Below are positions 28,072 through 42,900 of a stretch of 64,000 bases of DNA, piece by piece. This stretch comes from Macrostomum lignano (lineage: Eukaryota). The stretch's first letter is position 1. The number at the start of each line of letters is the position of its first letter. The notes under the pieces are model-generated. The model had not been told where the DNA came from. It saw only the letters and a program-made list of their open reading frames with translations, and ran no database searches. The stretch covers positions 186,001 through 250,000 of the forward strand of contig NIVC01001306.1 of NCBI GenBank assembly GCA_002269645.1. The letters are read 5' to 3'. The translations under genes were made by a program, and so were the position numbers.

Positions 28072-28571
28072 GTAAGCAAATACGCGGACAGGGCCAGCAG
28101 GGAATTAGGCTTCTGTTAAAACAAATAGCTAATCAAATGGCCTGATCGGACTTGAAAGCGGAGGGGATATTTGTCCCCAGACTTTATTGCGGCCCCGTTG
28201 GGATTTTTCGGGGGAAAAACGTTTTTTTCACTTTTCTTTTATAAACAAACAAGAGAGACAAAAACTTGGACAGGTTTTAGAAGCAACGGAAGATGGAAAC
28301 AGGGGGCGCCATTACTTTTTTGGTGATCCACACTTTTTCAGCTGTCAGTTTTAATGTGTTTTATATGTTTGCTGAGGAGTGTCGCGGTCCCACAGTTGAA
28401 GGAACTCGGTGCATTGGGTCGCTGAGGATGTAGAAGTGTCCCACGCCACTGCTGAATACTTTTTACCCCAATAAACTTATCTTGAACCTTCAAGTTCACG
28501 GCTCACTTGAACTTTTATGAAGCTAACTAAGGGTGAAAATGTTTACAGTGAATTACTTCTGCACCGAATAG

Positions 28572-28618
28572 GGACAAAGATTCCAGTACAAAGACTGCTC
28601 CAGATCCTGCCCCTCACG
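28572..28618 (+). CDS. putative secreted protein, candidate exon D (DKDSSTKTAPDPAPH)
   Basis: GAATAG acceptor, G|GTACTT donor; phase 2 in, phase 1 out, open in frame. Confidence 0.4.
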
Positions 28619-29451
28619 GTACTTCACAATTGAAGATAAGCGCCTTCCGTGGAAATGAGAGTTTCAAAGACTCTGTCTGTCCTATTGTGCGAGACCTTAT
28701 ATTTTTTCTCAATATTTTCTGAGTGGAGCATAAGCCGAGGACAGTCGGTTGGGGAGGGGTGATTGAGAATGCTCAAAATCTTTGTGAAGTTATCGGCAAA
28801 AATGACAACCAGTGACGTGACGTGACAGCACAGGCAGATAGATGGGGGCTGGGGGGACCGGACCCCCGCCAACAGGAATTCTCGAGGATAATTTCGTGAA
28901 TTCAATTTGAAGTGGATGATGGAGATTCTTTCGAGCCCCGCTGTTTACCTTTTAGCAATTTGGTTAAGCCTCATCTAAGTAAATTAGAAATGATGCTCTG
29001 TATCCAAGGCACAAGTCCGTCAGAGTTCTAGCTTTTTTCGGGGGGGGGTTTGAGGGTGGGATTTTAATGCAAAGCAAACAATCTGATGACAGCAAGAGCC
29101 GAGCCGATTGACGGTTGACTCCCTCAGCGGATTGCAAATATGAGATGAGCTGCGTGCGTGAAATATAGTTTTTTATGATTAGAAATAAAAAACTTCTTTT
29201 TTTGTCGAAGCCGGTCCCGTCCGGGGCGGTGGGAGTTGCCAGGCTGCTCTGCGGCTTAGTTAAAGGGGATCAGAATGGCGGTTTCTTTTTATTGGGATCA
29301 TATTTGCTTTTGGCAGCCTGGTTGAAGTTTGACTGTCTCAAATATTCGCTATATAAGTTGCAATTGAAGCCAACGATATCGCTCAAATGGTAATCGACCT
29401 ATCTTGACGGAAATCCTTAAATCACAAATCGAATTTCGGTCAGTAAAGAAT

Positions 29452-30180
29452 CGGGTTGGTGAAGATTCGGGTTGGTGAACACTCGGGTTGGTGAACACTC
29501 GGGTTGGTGAACACTCGGGTTGGTGAACACTCGGGTTGGTGAAGCTTCGGGTTGGTGAAGATTCGGGTTGGTGAAGATTGGGGTTGGCGAAGATTCGGGT
29601 TGGGGAAGATTTGGGTTGGTGAAGATTCGGGTTGGGGAAGATTTGGGTTGGTGAAGCTTCGGGTTGGGGAAGATTTGGGTTAGTGAAGATTCAGGTTGGT
29701 GAAGATTCAGGTTGGTGAAGATTCAGGTTGGTGAAGATTCAGGTTGGTGAAGATTCAGGTTGGTGAAGATTCAGGTTGGTGAAGATTCAGGTTGGTGAAG
29801 ATTCAGGTTGGTGAAGATTCAGGTTGGTGAAGATTCAGGTTGGTGAAGATTCAGGTTGGTGAAGATTCAGGTTGGTGAAGATTCAGGTTGGTGAAGATTC
29901 AGGTTGGTGAAGATTCAGGTTGGTGAAGAAGATTCTCGTTGGTAAAGATTCTGGATGGTGAAGATTCTGGATGGTGAAGATTCTGGATGGTGAACATTCT
30001 AGATGGTGAAGACTCGGGTTGGTGAAGATTCTGGATGGTGAAGATTCGGGTTGGTGAAGATTCTGGATGGTGAAGATTCGGGTTGGTGAATATTTTGGAT
30101 GGTGAAGATTCTGTTTGGTTGAAGATTCTGTTTAGTGAATATTCGGGTTGGTGAACCCTCGGGTTGGTGACGATTCGGGT
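29452..30180. repeat. 16-bp minisatellite (GAAGATTCRGGTTGGT)
   Basis: ~45 units in homogenised sub-blocks. Confidence 0.96.
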
Positions 30181-30794
30181 TGTAGTAAAACAGTTTTAAG
30201 AATCGCATGCTACCAAGGAGCATATGGCCCGAGTTCCCTGCGCGCCCATCGCACAACCAAAGGATCTTTACAATTTACATATATTATAATTGGGATTCTG
30301 AGTTTCTCTTAGAATCCCAAAGCAAACACAGGTCCGCGCCACCCCACCATGCCGTTTGACAGTTGGGATTTAGACCCCTTCGAAGATCTATCTGGGAGTC
30401 AAGGCAAAGCTTATATATTCATATAACATAGATTCCGTGAGAATTCTGGTTGCCAGATGGCGGACCAGCCCCCTACAGCTGCAGAGCAATGGGTACCATT
30501 AAAATAACTATATGGTATTTCTTCAGCTTGGAGAAGGCCGCTCTATAAAAACACGTAGCTGCAAGGCAATGGGCTTTGAAATTCTATAGAGGCACATCGA
30601 GTTTCGGTTTCAATTAGTTATATACAACATCCCAGTGTGAGACGCTGGGAAGCTGCTGATGAAGCTGCGGAGATATTGACTGCCACACTGCGGTGCGCTT
30701 GCACCCTACTGGTTCGAAGTTTTAGCGAACTCTGCCACTGAGGAATCAGCTGGTCGTAAATCTCCCTTCTCTCTGTTAGTCCTCTTCTCTCCCA

Positions 30795-31252
30795 CCAACT
30801 CTCCACTGAGTCTCTCAATGAGTCTCTCACTGACTCTCCCACTGACTCTCCCACTGACTCTCTCACTGACTCTCTCACTAACTCTCTCACTGACTCTCTC
30901 ACTGACTCTCTCACTGACTCTCTGACTCCCTCACTGACTCTCTCACTGACTCTCTGACTCTCTCACTGACTCTCTCACTGACTCTCTGACTCTCTCACTG
31001 ACTCTCTGACTCTCTCACTGACTCTCTCACTGACTCTCTGACTCTCTCACTGACTCTCTCACTAACTCTCTCACTGACTCTCTCACTGACCTCTGACTCT
31101 CTCACTAACTCTCTCACTAACTCTCTCACTAACTCTCTCACTAACTCTCTCACTAACTCTCTCAATGACTCTCTCACTGACTCTCTGACTCACTCACTGA
31201 CTCTCCCACTGACTCTCTGACTCTCTCACTGACTCTCTCACTGACTCTCACT
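30795..31252. repeat. 10-12-bp repeat (CTCTCACTGACT)
   Basis: direct. Confidence 0.93.
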
Positions 31253-31766
31253 TACTGAGCCGCATGTCTCACTTTCACCGAATGCTGCAGTGAAACGCAG
31301 TGCATCCGTACCGAACGCAAAAGCGCACAAAATAACACGGTTGGATTTGTATACACATCCAAGCCCAAACACATTCAGTTCAGACTGTAAAACCGCAGAG
31401 ACAGATTTGATACAATACTGTATAAGCCTCCAACAATATAAACAATCCTGACTCCACAAGTGCGCGCTAAATTGTAGCAACACATCCGTAAATCCTGCAG
31501 ACTACCTCGTGTGTAATGCATGATGTCTGACTATTAGACATCTGAGCAAGACCTTGAAACACCTGCTAACTCTACCAAGCGGCGCAATTGGTAAAATGTT
31601 TAGACAGCCTCCCCTTCCTCAGTGAGTTGTGTTGTAGTGGAATTAACCATAGAGCTGATTAAACAGAACTTAAAATATTGGATTGCAATCCCTATTTTAC
31701 CTAGAATATGCTTTCAGCCTTCTTAGTCTCAGTAGGAGTGGCATTGTGACAAGCAGCTCATTGCAG

Positions 31767-32391
31767 CCGGCATACAAAACCAGTTGTCTGTAGCTGTAGC
31801 TGGTAGCCCTTCTGTAGCTGGCGCCCCAACTGTAGCTGGCGCCCTCTCGGTAGCTGGCGCCCCTCTGTAGCTGGCGCCCCCTCTGTAGCTGGCGCCCTCT
31901 CGGTAGCTGGCGCCCCCTCTGTAGCTGGTAGCCCTTCTGTAGCTGGCGCCCCAACTGTAGCTGGCGCCCTCTCGGTAGCTGGCGCCCCCTCTGTAGCTGG
32001 CGCCCCCTCTGTAGCTGGCGCCCCCTCTGTAGCTGGCGCCCTCTCTGTAGCTGGCGCCCCCTCTGTAGCTGGCGCCCTCTCGGTAGCTGGAGCCCCCTCT
32101 GTAGCTGGCGCCCTCTCTGTAGCTGGCGCCTTCTCTGTAGCTGGCGCCCCAACTGTAGCTGGCGCCCTCTCTACAGCTGGCGCCCTCTCTGTAGCTGGCG
32201 CCCTCTCGGTAGCTGGCGCCCTCTCTGCAGCTGGCGCCCCCTCTGTAGCTGGCGCCCTCTCGGTAGCTGGCGCCCTCTCTGCAGCTGGCGCCCCCTCTGT
32301 AGCTGGCGCCCCCTCGGTAGCTGGCGCCCTCTCTGCAGCTGGCGCCCCCTCTGTAGCTGGCGCCCCCTCGGTAGCTGGCGCCCTCTCTTGA
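31767..32391 (+). CDS. candidate repeat-encoding exon (GIQNQLSVAVAGSP(SVAGAP/L)n*), needs +1 C at ~31862
   Basis: CATTGCAG acceptor in phase 1; 175 open codons 31864-32388 ending TGA; one 17-nt unit breaks the frame as assembled. Confidence 0.33.
31787..32388. repeat. 18-bp minisatellite (TCTGTAGCTGGCGCCCCC)
   Basis: ~33 units, all 18 nt but one. Confidence 0.97.
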
Positions 32392-33009
32392 GAAATGAGG
32401 ACTGGAATCTAGATATTCCAGCTCCTGCTTCAAGGCACCTCCTTGATCAGATTGACCATCAGAAACCGTTCCAAGAGACGCCACCACACCATTTGTATAT
32501 TTGTCTTTTTTCCTGACAGCCAAGAACTGAGGAAAACCCTACACTACAGTATACTAGCTTCATCTGCAGCTTCCATCTTGACAATCCTTGCAAGTTTTTT
32601 TCGCTCTCTACAACCTCACCTTGACATTTTTGTGACAGTTGCGAAGTCCCAGAAATTCGGTTAGGAAAAAATAGTTGAAAGAGGAGGCCGTTGTGAAAAC
32701 AAAAGAAGCCCAAAATGGCCCGGCTCGGGCGCTCGGATTCTGCTGGATGACTGACTTCCCGATCCTGTCCGATGGAGAGTCCCCGCCGTTCACAGCTGGA
32801 GACCGCGGGACACTGCATTCGGTTTGGAACCAGCAGCTTAGCTTCATTATGCAGTCGTCTCATTTCAACTCAAGAGAGGGTGGGGGGCAATCGCTCCGTT
32901 TATGTTTGCAGTTGAAACAATAAACTGACAGCAGCGAGAGGCGAAACTGATTTCTGAATGACTGAAGATTCCAAAAGCCTATTTGATTTTTAGGCAAGCA
33001 TTGCATCAG

Positions 33010-34016
<1,007 letters not shown>

Positions 34017-35619
34017 GCTTTTCTAAGGCCGCTACCATGACTCAAATAGGAGAAGATTCAAATTTCCATTATGAGCAAACACTGGCGGTAATTTCCGGAC
34101 AGCCCCAGTAGTTCGAGAGTTCTTCGCTTAGTTTTTTCTACAGATGCCTGGCCGCCTGCCAACTCAAGCCCGGGCTAGCAGCGGGTGAGTGGAGCGGCCG
34201 GATTCCAGGGCTGGGGCGGCCTGGGAAACCCGGGGGTCGCAACTGCTGCTGGCCGCAGCCTGACTCGGAAGCCCCCCCCCCTGCCAAGAGAAAACTGAAG
34301 AAACTGAGAAGAGCAAAAAACGTACGAAACAGAAATTTGCAGCTGCTCTGACCGACTCCGACCCACCGCCCCCTGTGTGTGTGTTTTTATTTGCGAGTTC
34401 ACGCATGCTCTGTTTCCGGTTGAGTTGAGCAACAGCCACAGCATTCAGCTCAGGAAAAAACTGGCTATTGACTGACAGATCGGGTCAGGTGCTGTCGCTA
34501 TATGAGTTGATGTATTATTGTTATTATTACTCAAGGTGGCTCTGTGACTCGATCGCATTCCTGGAAACTGGAGCAGACTGCAGGTATGCAGGGTTAGGCT
34601 GCCTGGTGAACGATTTGATGGACATCTCAGAGGCGCCATCAACAAGACCATTCTCTCTCTGAGAGTGAGCGCTTAGGTCTAGGGGGGGGGGAGTTATATA
34701 TGGGGAAGTTTTTTCAACCTAATTTTATTCGCACACGACAAGATAAGGTGCTAAAAAACCGAAGCCTCAGTTGGTGCAACTCCGCCCTCAAAGCCAGTCT
34801 TTATACCATAGACGTCTGTCTATGCAGAGCTGCCTCTCGAGAGTCTATTTCTAAGAGTATGCAGTTCGATAAAAATTCTACTTGAAAATTCCACGCCGAA
34901 GCACCTGCGCCCGCCCGGTCGGCCAGTGCCTCCCGGGTTGCGCGACTGTGCTCATCTAAGTTCGAGAGTAGTTTGGAGAGTTTTCACGTCGCTCTCCCCC
35001 GACTTGAAACTCGGCGACCAACCCCATCTGAGGATTGGCCCATAAACTAACTGTCTGGCCGGGTCGCGGCGGCAATTCCTTCCTTCCTTAACTGGCGGTT
35101 GCCATGGCTCGGCATCGCCCGCCTGTGTCGGCTTTCCTTCAGACTCAAAGGTTTTGTTTGACTGTCGGTGAGGCGGGTGGGGGGGGGTCAATTATTCGCT
35201 GTGTTGGCGCCCTGGCTGCCTGCCGGAGTCTCCATATGCTTCGCTGACTCTTCCTTGGCCTGGGCCACCGCCCCGCCGTGGCAGATAGCGGCAGCCCAAA
35301 ACCCGAGCCGGGGCAGACGGGACACTCGACGCACTAATTTAAATATCGATTCGCTGGAGTTGGTCCTCAGGCGCGGGGCACGCGCCACCGCCCTTTTTAG
35401 TTGGGGCTGTCAGCGAGCGGAGGGAACACCCGATCGGCGACCGCCTGTGCAAGGTGTTGGTACCCGCCTGTCCTGCGCTGGGTGGCAACTAACGCCTAAT
35501 TATGGAATCGATTGCTGAGAGACTGATCAAGTCAAGACTAAAGAGATAGCGAGATTGACTGTCTGACACTGCCGGATACCCGCCTCCATCAGTTGGGGCT
35601 GACGGATCTATGAATTTAT

Positions 35620-35719
35620 TGACAGGCAGGCAGACAGACAGAGAGACAGACAGACAGGCAGGCAGACAGGCAGGCAGACAGACAGACAGACAGACAGACA
35701 GGCAGGCAGGCAGGCAGGC

Positions 35720-35796
<77 letters not shown>

Positions 35797-35803
35797 GGCA
35801 GGC

Positions 35804-35874
<71 letters not shown>

Positions 35875-35919
35875 TAGACAGACAGACACTAAGACAGACA
35901 GACAGACAGACAGGCAGGC

Positions 35920-35952
<33 letters not shown>

Positions 35953-36110
35953 GGCAGGCAGACAGACAGACAGAAGGCAGACAGACAGACAGGCAGGCAG
36001 GCAGACAGACAGACAGACAGACAGACACTAAGACAGACAGACAAACAGACACTATGACAGACACAAAGACAGACAGGCAGGCAGACAGGCAGACAGACAG
36101 ACAGACAGGC

Positions 36111-36183
<73 letters not shown>

Positions 36184-36250
36184 CTAAGACACTATGACAG
36201 ACACAAAGACAGACAGGCAGGCAGACAGGCAGACAGACAGACAGACAGGC

Positions 36251-36311
<61 letters not shown>

Positions 36312-36394
36312 CTAAGACAGACAGACAAACAGACACTATGACAGACACAAAGACAGACAGGCAGGCAGACAGGCAGACAGACAGACAGACAGGC

Positions 36395-36447
<53 letters not shown>

Positions 36448-36500
36448 GGCAGGCAGACATACAGACAGCCATACAGACAGACAGACAGACAGACAGACAG
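35620..36500. repeat. complex (CAGA)n microsatellite, mirrored at 63240-64000
   Basis: direct; contains duplicated interrupting blocks. Confidence 0.96.
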
Positions 36501-37969
36501 AGAAAATGCTCAACGTCCTCAATCGGAAACTAACTCTAATCTGCTGAAAAAAGGTAAATTCATAGTTGCCAAAGCAACAGTAATTAAATAAACAGGATAA
36601 AAGACTCTCAGGTCTGGTCTGCGCAATCAGAAACGGCAACTAAATAATAAGACGCAGGAGTTGCGCAAACAGTTCGTTTTTCTTCTTTTTCGACTCCGCC
36701 ACCCTGCGGCTGCCCCAGCAACCCTTCTGCATTGTTCTCCGTATCTCTGCCCTTTCAGTCTTAATCGTTCTCAAACTGCGGACTTTCTTGCGCAAGCAGA
36801 GCGAGGGAGTTCGCCAGTAGGCATTGACGCAATCAAAATTGCGTTGATCATTCCCTGTCTCCGTCTGATTCTCTCAAGCCAGTTGGTGACAAAACCTGCG
36901 CGTTATCAATCTCCAGCCGCCCCTGCTGAGTACGATGGAGCAGGTGCAGGGTCTTCTTCATAGCACTTTTTTCCGCGCTCATCACAGCCCTCCCGCTAAG
37001 AGCTGTCAAAGGCTCGGCAGTCTAATTCTCTTCGAGCTCTTGCTCCAATACCCAATTTTCCCCAATTAACGCGCAGCAGTAGGAAGCTAGTGAAAGGGTT
37101 TTGGTTTTAGAGGGGTTCGAGGGGAACCCCGCCTCAGGGAACACCTGTTACTTTCAGATTTCTTTCACTTATAATATATAAATTTGGGCTCCTTTTAGCC
37201 TGTGTCTGGGCGCCTGACAGGGAGCCTCTGTGCCCTCTCTGGCCTGGGACTGGCAATGGGAGACCCCAGATGGGAGGCGGCGAAGGTTCAAGCGGAGGGA
37301 AGCACAATCAGGCTCGGGGGGCTCAGAGACGACAGAAAGGACGGGGCAACCCCCCATCTCAAGCCCGCCCAGCCCGGCCAAAAACCCCTAATTGGTATCA
37401 GGTTATTTTCGCCGCGATTGTCTATGGTCTGAGGGGGCTGAGGGGGGCGACGATTTTTTCGGTCCCATTAATACCATAGACAGACAGACAGACAGCCTTT
37501 TTCTCTCTCGCTCGCTATCTATTCAGCAGGAAATGTGGGGGCCCATTTTCCTCTTTTAGTCCCGTCTCCTATTTCTGTATTTGCCACCTTCGGTGGGGGG
37601 AGGCGGAGGGGGAGTGGCACACACGCGCGTCTGTCCGCTGAGAGACCACCTGCTGCGCTGCTGTGCCCCCCCCCCCCGGGCTGGCAGGTGTCCCCTCAGG
37701 CAACTTTCGGGACTTCGGAGCTGTTGCACGAGGCGTGAGAAATTCGATAATTATTATATATTCTTAGAGGCATAATGAAATGATAAGAATTAGAAATTTT
37801 ATAAGCAAAGGAAATCAGAGGAGACTGTTGACTGACGAATAAGATTTTAAAATGAGCTTCTCTCGCAAGGGCTGACAGAAATTTTGACGAAAATTGATTG
37901 ACTTGACTGACAGTTAGTGGCTGGAATGAGCGATAGTTCTGAACAGCAGATATCAGACTGCGTACATGT

Positions 37970-38630
37970 CAGTGTGTCAGATGCTACTGTGTCAGGAAGT
38001 TATAGGTGACGCAATAAAATGTGTCAGATGCTACTGTGTCAGGAAGTTATAGGTGACGCAATAAAATGTGTCAGATGCTACTGTGTCAGGAAGTTATAGG
38101 TGACGCAATAAAATGTGTCAGATGCTACTGTGTCAGGAAGTTCTAGGTAACGCAATAAAATGTGTCAGATGCTACTGTGTCAGGAAGTTATAGGTAACGC
38201 AATAAAATGTGTCAGATGCTACTGTGTCAGGAAGTTCTAGGTAACGCAATAAAATGTGTCAGATGCTACTGTGTCAGGAAGTTATAGGTAACGCAATAAA
38301 ATGTGTCAGATGCTACTGTGTCAGGAAGTTCTAGGTAACGCAATAAAATGTGTCAGATGCTACTGTGTCAGGAAGTTATAGGTAACGCAATAAAATGTGT
38401 CAGATGCTACTGTGTCAGGAAGTTATAGGTAACGCAATAAAGTGTGTCAGATGCTACTGTGTCAGGAAGTTATAGGTGACGCAATAAAATGTGTCAGATG
38501 CTACTGTGTCAGGAAGTTCTAGATGCCACAATAAAATGTGTCAGATTCTATTGTGTCATGAAGTTCTAGATGCCACAATAAATGTGTCAGTTACTATTGT
38601 GTCAGGAAGTTTTACATGACGCAATATAAA
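37970..38630. repeat. 47-bp minisatellite (GTGTCAGATGCTACTGTGTCAGGAAGTTATAGGTRACGCAATAAAAT), mirrored at ~61110-61770
   Basis: ~14 units. Confidence 0.96.
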
Positions 38631-39209
38631 GTGTCAGTTAGAAGACACAAGAGATGGTCCGAGACAATAAAGATTAGAAAATCCTTCTCAAGTCACGGAT
38701 CCAAGTCCAACGCGCCAACTACAAGCACTAATTCTGTGGACTACAGGGGAAACCAGCAAGATTCACCCAGACCGGACGAAGCGCTTCTTGAAAGTATCAA
38801 ATTTCTATCAATAGCAATACACATAAAAAATCGAAATGTATTGAGGACGTGACAAATGCAGAGTGGCAGAATTTGATACAACACCAACTGCTGAGCACTA
38901 TAACATTTTTAGGGATAAAATCTGCATCAGTTCTAGCCCGAATAAATTAGCTAAGCAGTTTTTTCATGCACGACTGGCTGCAGATTGGGTGTAATCAGAT
39001 AGCGCTGAGCAGTTTGTAGGAATTCAAATTTGTGCATCGATTGACATTGTAGGTGGAGTTAAGTTAAAAAACAAATATGCAGAACTTTATTCGTTTTTGC
39101 AATATCAGCTTACCATAAAATAAATAAATAAAGATTTGCAGCAGGGCTGCAGGCACCCTGGCGCTACGCCTTCGGCGACATGGTTCCACAACCAGCGCTG
39201 ACGGCAATC

Positions 39210-39328
39210 CTGCCCGTTCCGCTGCCTCCTGAATACTGTACACAGGCATGCACTCGTGTACACGCTCACACAGGGTGTACAGCGGCCCTGACTGTCTAGT
39301 CTCTGTGCCTTGGGAGTCTGTCTCTGAC

Positions 39329-39409
<81 letters not shown>

Positions 39410-39454
39410 GCCTGTCTGTCTGTCTGTCTGTCTGTCTGTGTGTCTGTCTGTCTC

Positions 39455-39533
<79 letters not shown>

Positions 39534-39653
39534 TCGAATCGCACGCCAACCTCTAGGCCAATTTTCATGCACACAAACCCAAATAAATGTGACCGCGAAC
39601 GGAATCGAACCTGGGGTCGCGGCGCGAGAGTCACGCTTTTACCGCTCGTCGAG
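39210..39653 (-). mobile_element. tRNA-derived SINE-like element with internal (CAGA)n
   Basis: A-box-like GACGAGCGG and B-box GGTTCGATTCC at 39590-39653; no intact acceptor stem. Confidence 0.55.
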
Positions 39654-41429
39654 TTTTTTCAAGAAATATTCAGCCCTATTAATCATATTTCATAATTATG
39701 TTAAAAGTAAAACATTAGGGACGGAGAACAATCGAGCAAACAGGTCTTCTGTTTGACAGCAATTAGATTTGCTCCTAGTCAAAGCAATTGAGCCCATTCG
39801 TTTACTGTTCGAGAGGGCAGCCACCTCGCAATAGTGAGGTGCTCAGGTTGAGCAGAGCAAATAGAGAAATTAAAATGAAAATCCTGTTTAACAGCTCCCA
39901 ATTCTCTTTGACCAACCCTTCGGGTCCGCCATTATCCGCGACGCCTTTCTCCTTCCTCTCTTGTTCTGCTCTCTGCTTTTAGAAGAGGGCCACAGCCACC
40001 AATTGGTCTGATTTTGTCCCGCTACGACAGGCACCGAAGTGCTTTTGCCGGCCACTCAAACCGGCCACTCAGCGCTAAGGCCCGCCCGCGCCATGTTTGC
40101 CTCCTGCTTTCGCTCGGACTAAAGGGTCACTCTTCTAATAGCAGAAGCAGCAAAAGCAGTTTAAGCATACAGAAGCCTCTTATACAATTCTGGTTTGGCG
40201 GGTTTTTGAAGCTTCGAGTGTATAAGTTCCATTGTTTAACGCATTGTACCTGGCTTTAATGAGCGTCTGCAGCGCAGTCAGGCACTCGGGCGGGGGGGGG
40301 TTCAACCGTGACCGGCGCGTTTAACCCGCAGGCGTTTGACTGTAAATGATTGCGCAATCAAGAGACTTAACAGTATATACACACACATACGACTATAGGC
40401 ATACATTCGCATAAGGTTTGCGCAAGCCCAAAGGCGGCCAAAGTTCCGCCCAGGTCTTGCATGCAATTAATTATCAGAGAGCATTTTAAGCCCGTGCGGA
40501 GGAGGAGGAGGACTGAGAGCTTGGAGTCCGATTACCATTGACGCCGGCAGCAGCTGGGATTTCTCCCATGTCTGCCCCCCCCCATCGAAAAGCTGACACT
40601 TCAATAACTTCGGGTACGCAGATTTCTAAAGCTTCAAAATAATATTGGAGAAAAGGAAAAAAATCTAGTAGCAGACATGCTTGGAAGAATTATTGCTTGC
40701 TTGTCTGCTTTTAGTTGTAAAACACCTTAGAACCTTGAAAGTAAATTACATTCTCACACTGCCAGGTGCTTCTTGACAGAAAAAGCAGACACCCATGCCC
40801 CACTGAGTGTGTGTCGATTCTTAGACAGTAAAGTTTCTGTCACAGCTGCTGCTGCTGCTGCTGCTTCCTCTCCACTATCTGGGTCACCGCATGACCGGTC
40901 TGTGCTCAGAATTTGGAAACCATGTTTCTCCTCTGTGCTTGTCTGTCTGTCTGCCCCTGCCCTGCGCCCCTCCACTGGCCTTCTCTCGTCTCGTCTGGTC
41001 TCCTCTAATCTCTCCGCTCGTCGTTCGCTTCCGCATTTCCTTTTTAATCTTCTGCTTCGGGGAGTGGGGGGTGGGCACCCGAAAGCGAGCAGGCTGATTT
41101 CAGTTCAGTCTTTATCCCAAGGCACGGCACGCGCACACATTAATCACTTCCGATTGAATTGCTAATGAGGGGGGAGCCACGGAGGGCCCCAAATCCTCCC
41201 ATCTCTGCACCCTGAAACTCGCTCGATTTTATTGCTGTGGAACACTGGCTGGGCCAGGATCTCTAGGATAGCCCTAATCGACATTAAAAGCCGTCTTGCG
41301 CTGGCCTGAATGCCGTGCTTCCTTATCCAACAATGCTGGAGGTGATTCGTGAATTCACAATCTCGAATAGCCCCTAATTTACAAGCCCCGAAATTAACGT
41401 TTGGAAAAAAAACATTAAAATCTCCGAGC

Positions 41430-41975
41430 TTCAGATTCTCCAGCCTTCACGTTCCTCGATCTTCACATTCTTAAATCTTCACATTTCTCAACCTTTACAT
41501 TCCCCAACCTTCAAATTCTTCAACCCTAATGTTAATACATTCCCTAATGTTTACATTTCCCAATCTTCCCATTCCCCAAGCTTCACATTCCCCAATCTTC
41601 ACGTTCCCCAAGCTTTACATTCCCCAAGCTTCACATTCCCCAGTCTTCACATTCCCCAGTCTTCACATTCCCCAAACCCTCACGTTCCCCAATCTTCACG
41701 TTCCCCAAGCTTTACATTCCCCAAGCTTCACATTCCCCAGTCTTCACATTCCCCAGTCTTCACATTCCCCAAACCCTCACGTTCCCCAATCTTCACATTC
41801 CCCAATCTTAACATTCCTCAATGTTCACATTCCCCAATCTCCACATTCCCCAATCTTCACATTCCCCAATCTTCACATTCCCCAATCTTCACACTCCCCA
41901 AGCTTCATATTCCCCAATCTTCACGTTCCCCAATCTTCACATTCCTCAAGCTTCACATTCTCCAAACAAATACTC
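41430..41975. repeat. 16-bp minisatellite (AAKCTTCACATTCCCC), mirrored at ~57770-58312
   Basis: direct. Confidence 0.94.
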
Positions 41976-42689
41976 GTACCTACCGATGCTTTGAGCATTT
42001 CAATTCTGTGAAGTTTCTGGTCAGTGAACTTTAGTGAAGCGACCCGATATGAATTTTGGCGAATCTCTGAACAAGAAATTGTGAATTGGGGATTTCAACA
42101 TCACTCTGAAAGCGAGTCACGCCAGCCTCCTTAAACTATTTCCTCTCCGCTCAATAGATACTTCAATTTTAAACTAAGATTACATTTTTTTGTGTTTAGA
42201 CTGTAAAATAGTTTGTTTATCTCGGTGCGGGCAGAAAAACAACAGAAACTTTGATACATTATCGAAAGAGAAACAGACTGAACCTCGAATATTCGTGCAA
42301 TTTGTGCGCAGTAATCCGACATCATCTTGGAAACTGGGACAACTTGAAAAGGGTGCCACAGAGGTGCCACAGGCACGGGCAGTGTTCGAAATGCAAATTT
42401 CTAGAGCGCACGCGTAAAATAGGCAGCTAATCTCTATGATCCTAAAATACTGTGCAGGTCGCGCTTATAAACACAAAAAATAGTCAAACGGCACCAATAA
42501 AAACAGATCTTGGACGGCATTCTTCAGTAGAGAAAAGGCGGACACTTACGAGTAAGCTTGTGTCGGATTTGTGCCCAATTTATGATCTCATTTTGTTGCA
42601 ATTACGAACTGTGCCAAGTCATTAAGGCTTTCTTGACTAAGTTAAGTCCCCAGTGAGGCGGGTTAGCCATTTTGGAATTCGTGCATGAA

Positions 42690-42900
42690 ATTCTTTCCTG
42701 GGGAATTCCTACCTGGAGAATTCTATTCAGGGGAATTATTTTCTGGGGAACTCTTTTCTGGCCTTCTGGGGAATTCTTTCCTATGGCAATTCTACGCTGG
42801 GAAATTTTTCCTAGACAATTCCTTTCAGGGGAACATTTTCCTGGGCAATTCTTTCCTGGGGAATTCTTTCTGGCAAAATTCTCTCCTGGAAATTCTCTTA
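42690..42900. repeat. degenerate ~16-bp repeat (TTTCCTGGGGAATTC), mirrored at ~56845-57055
   Basis: imperfect tandem units. Confidence 0.8.
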
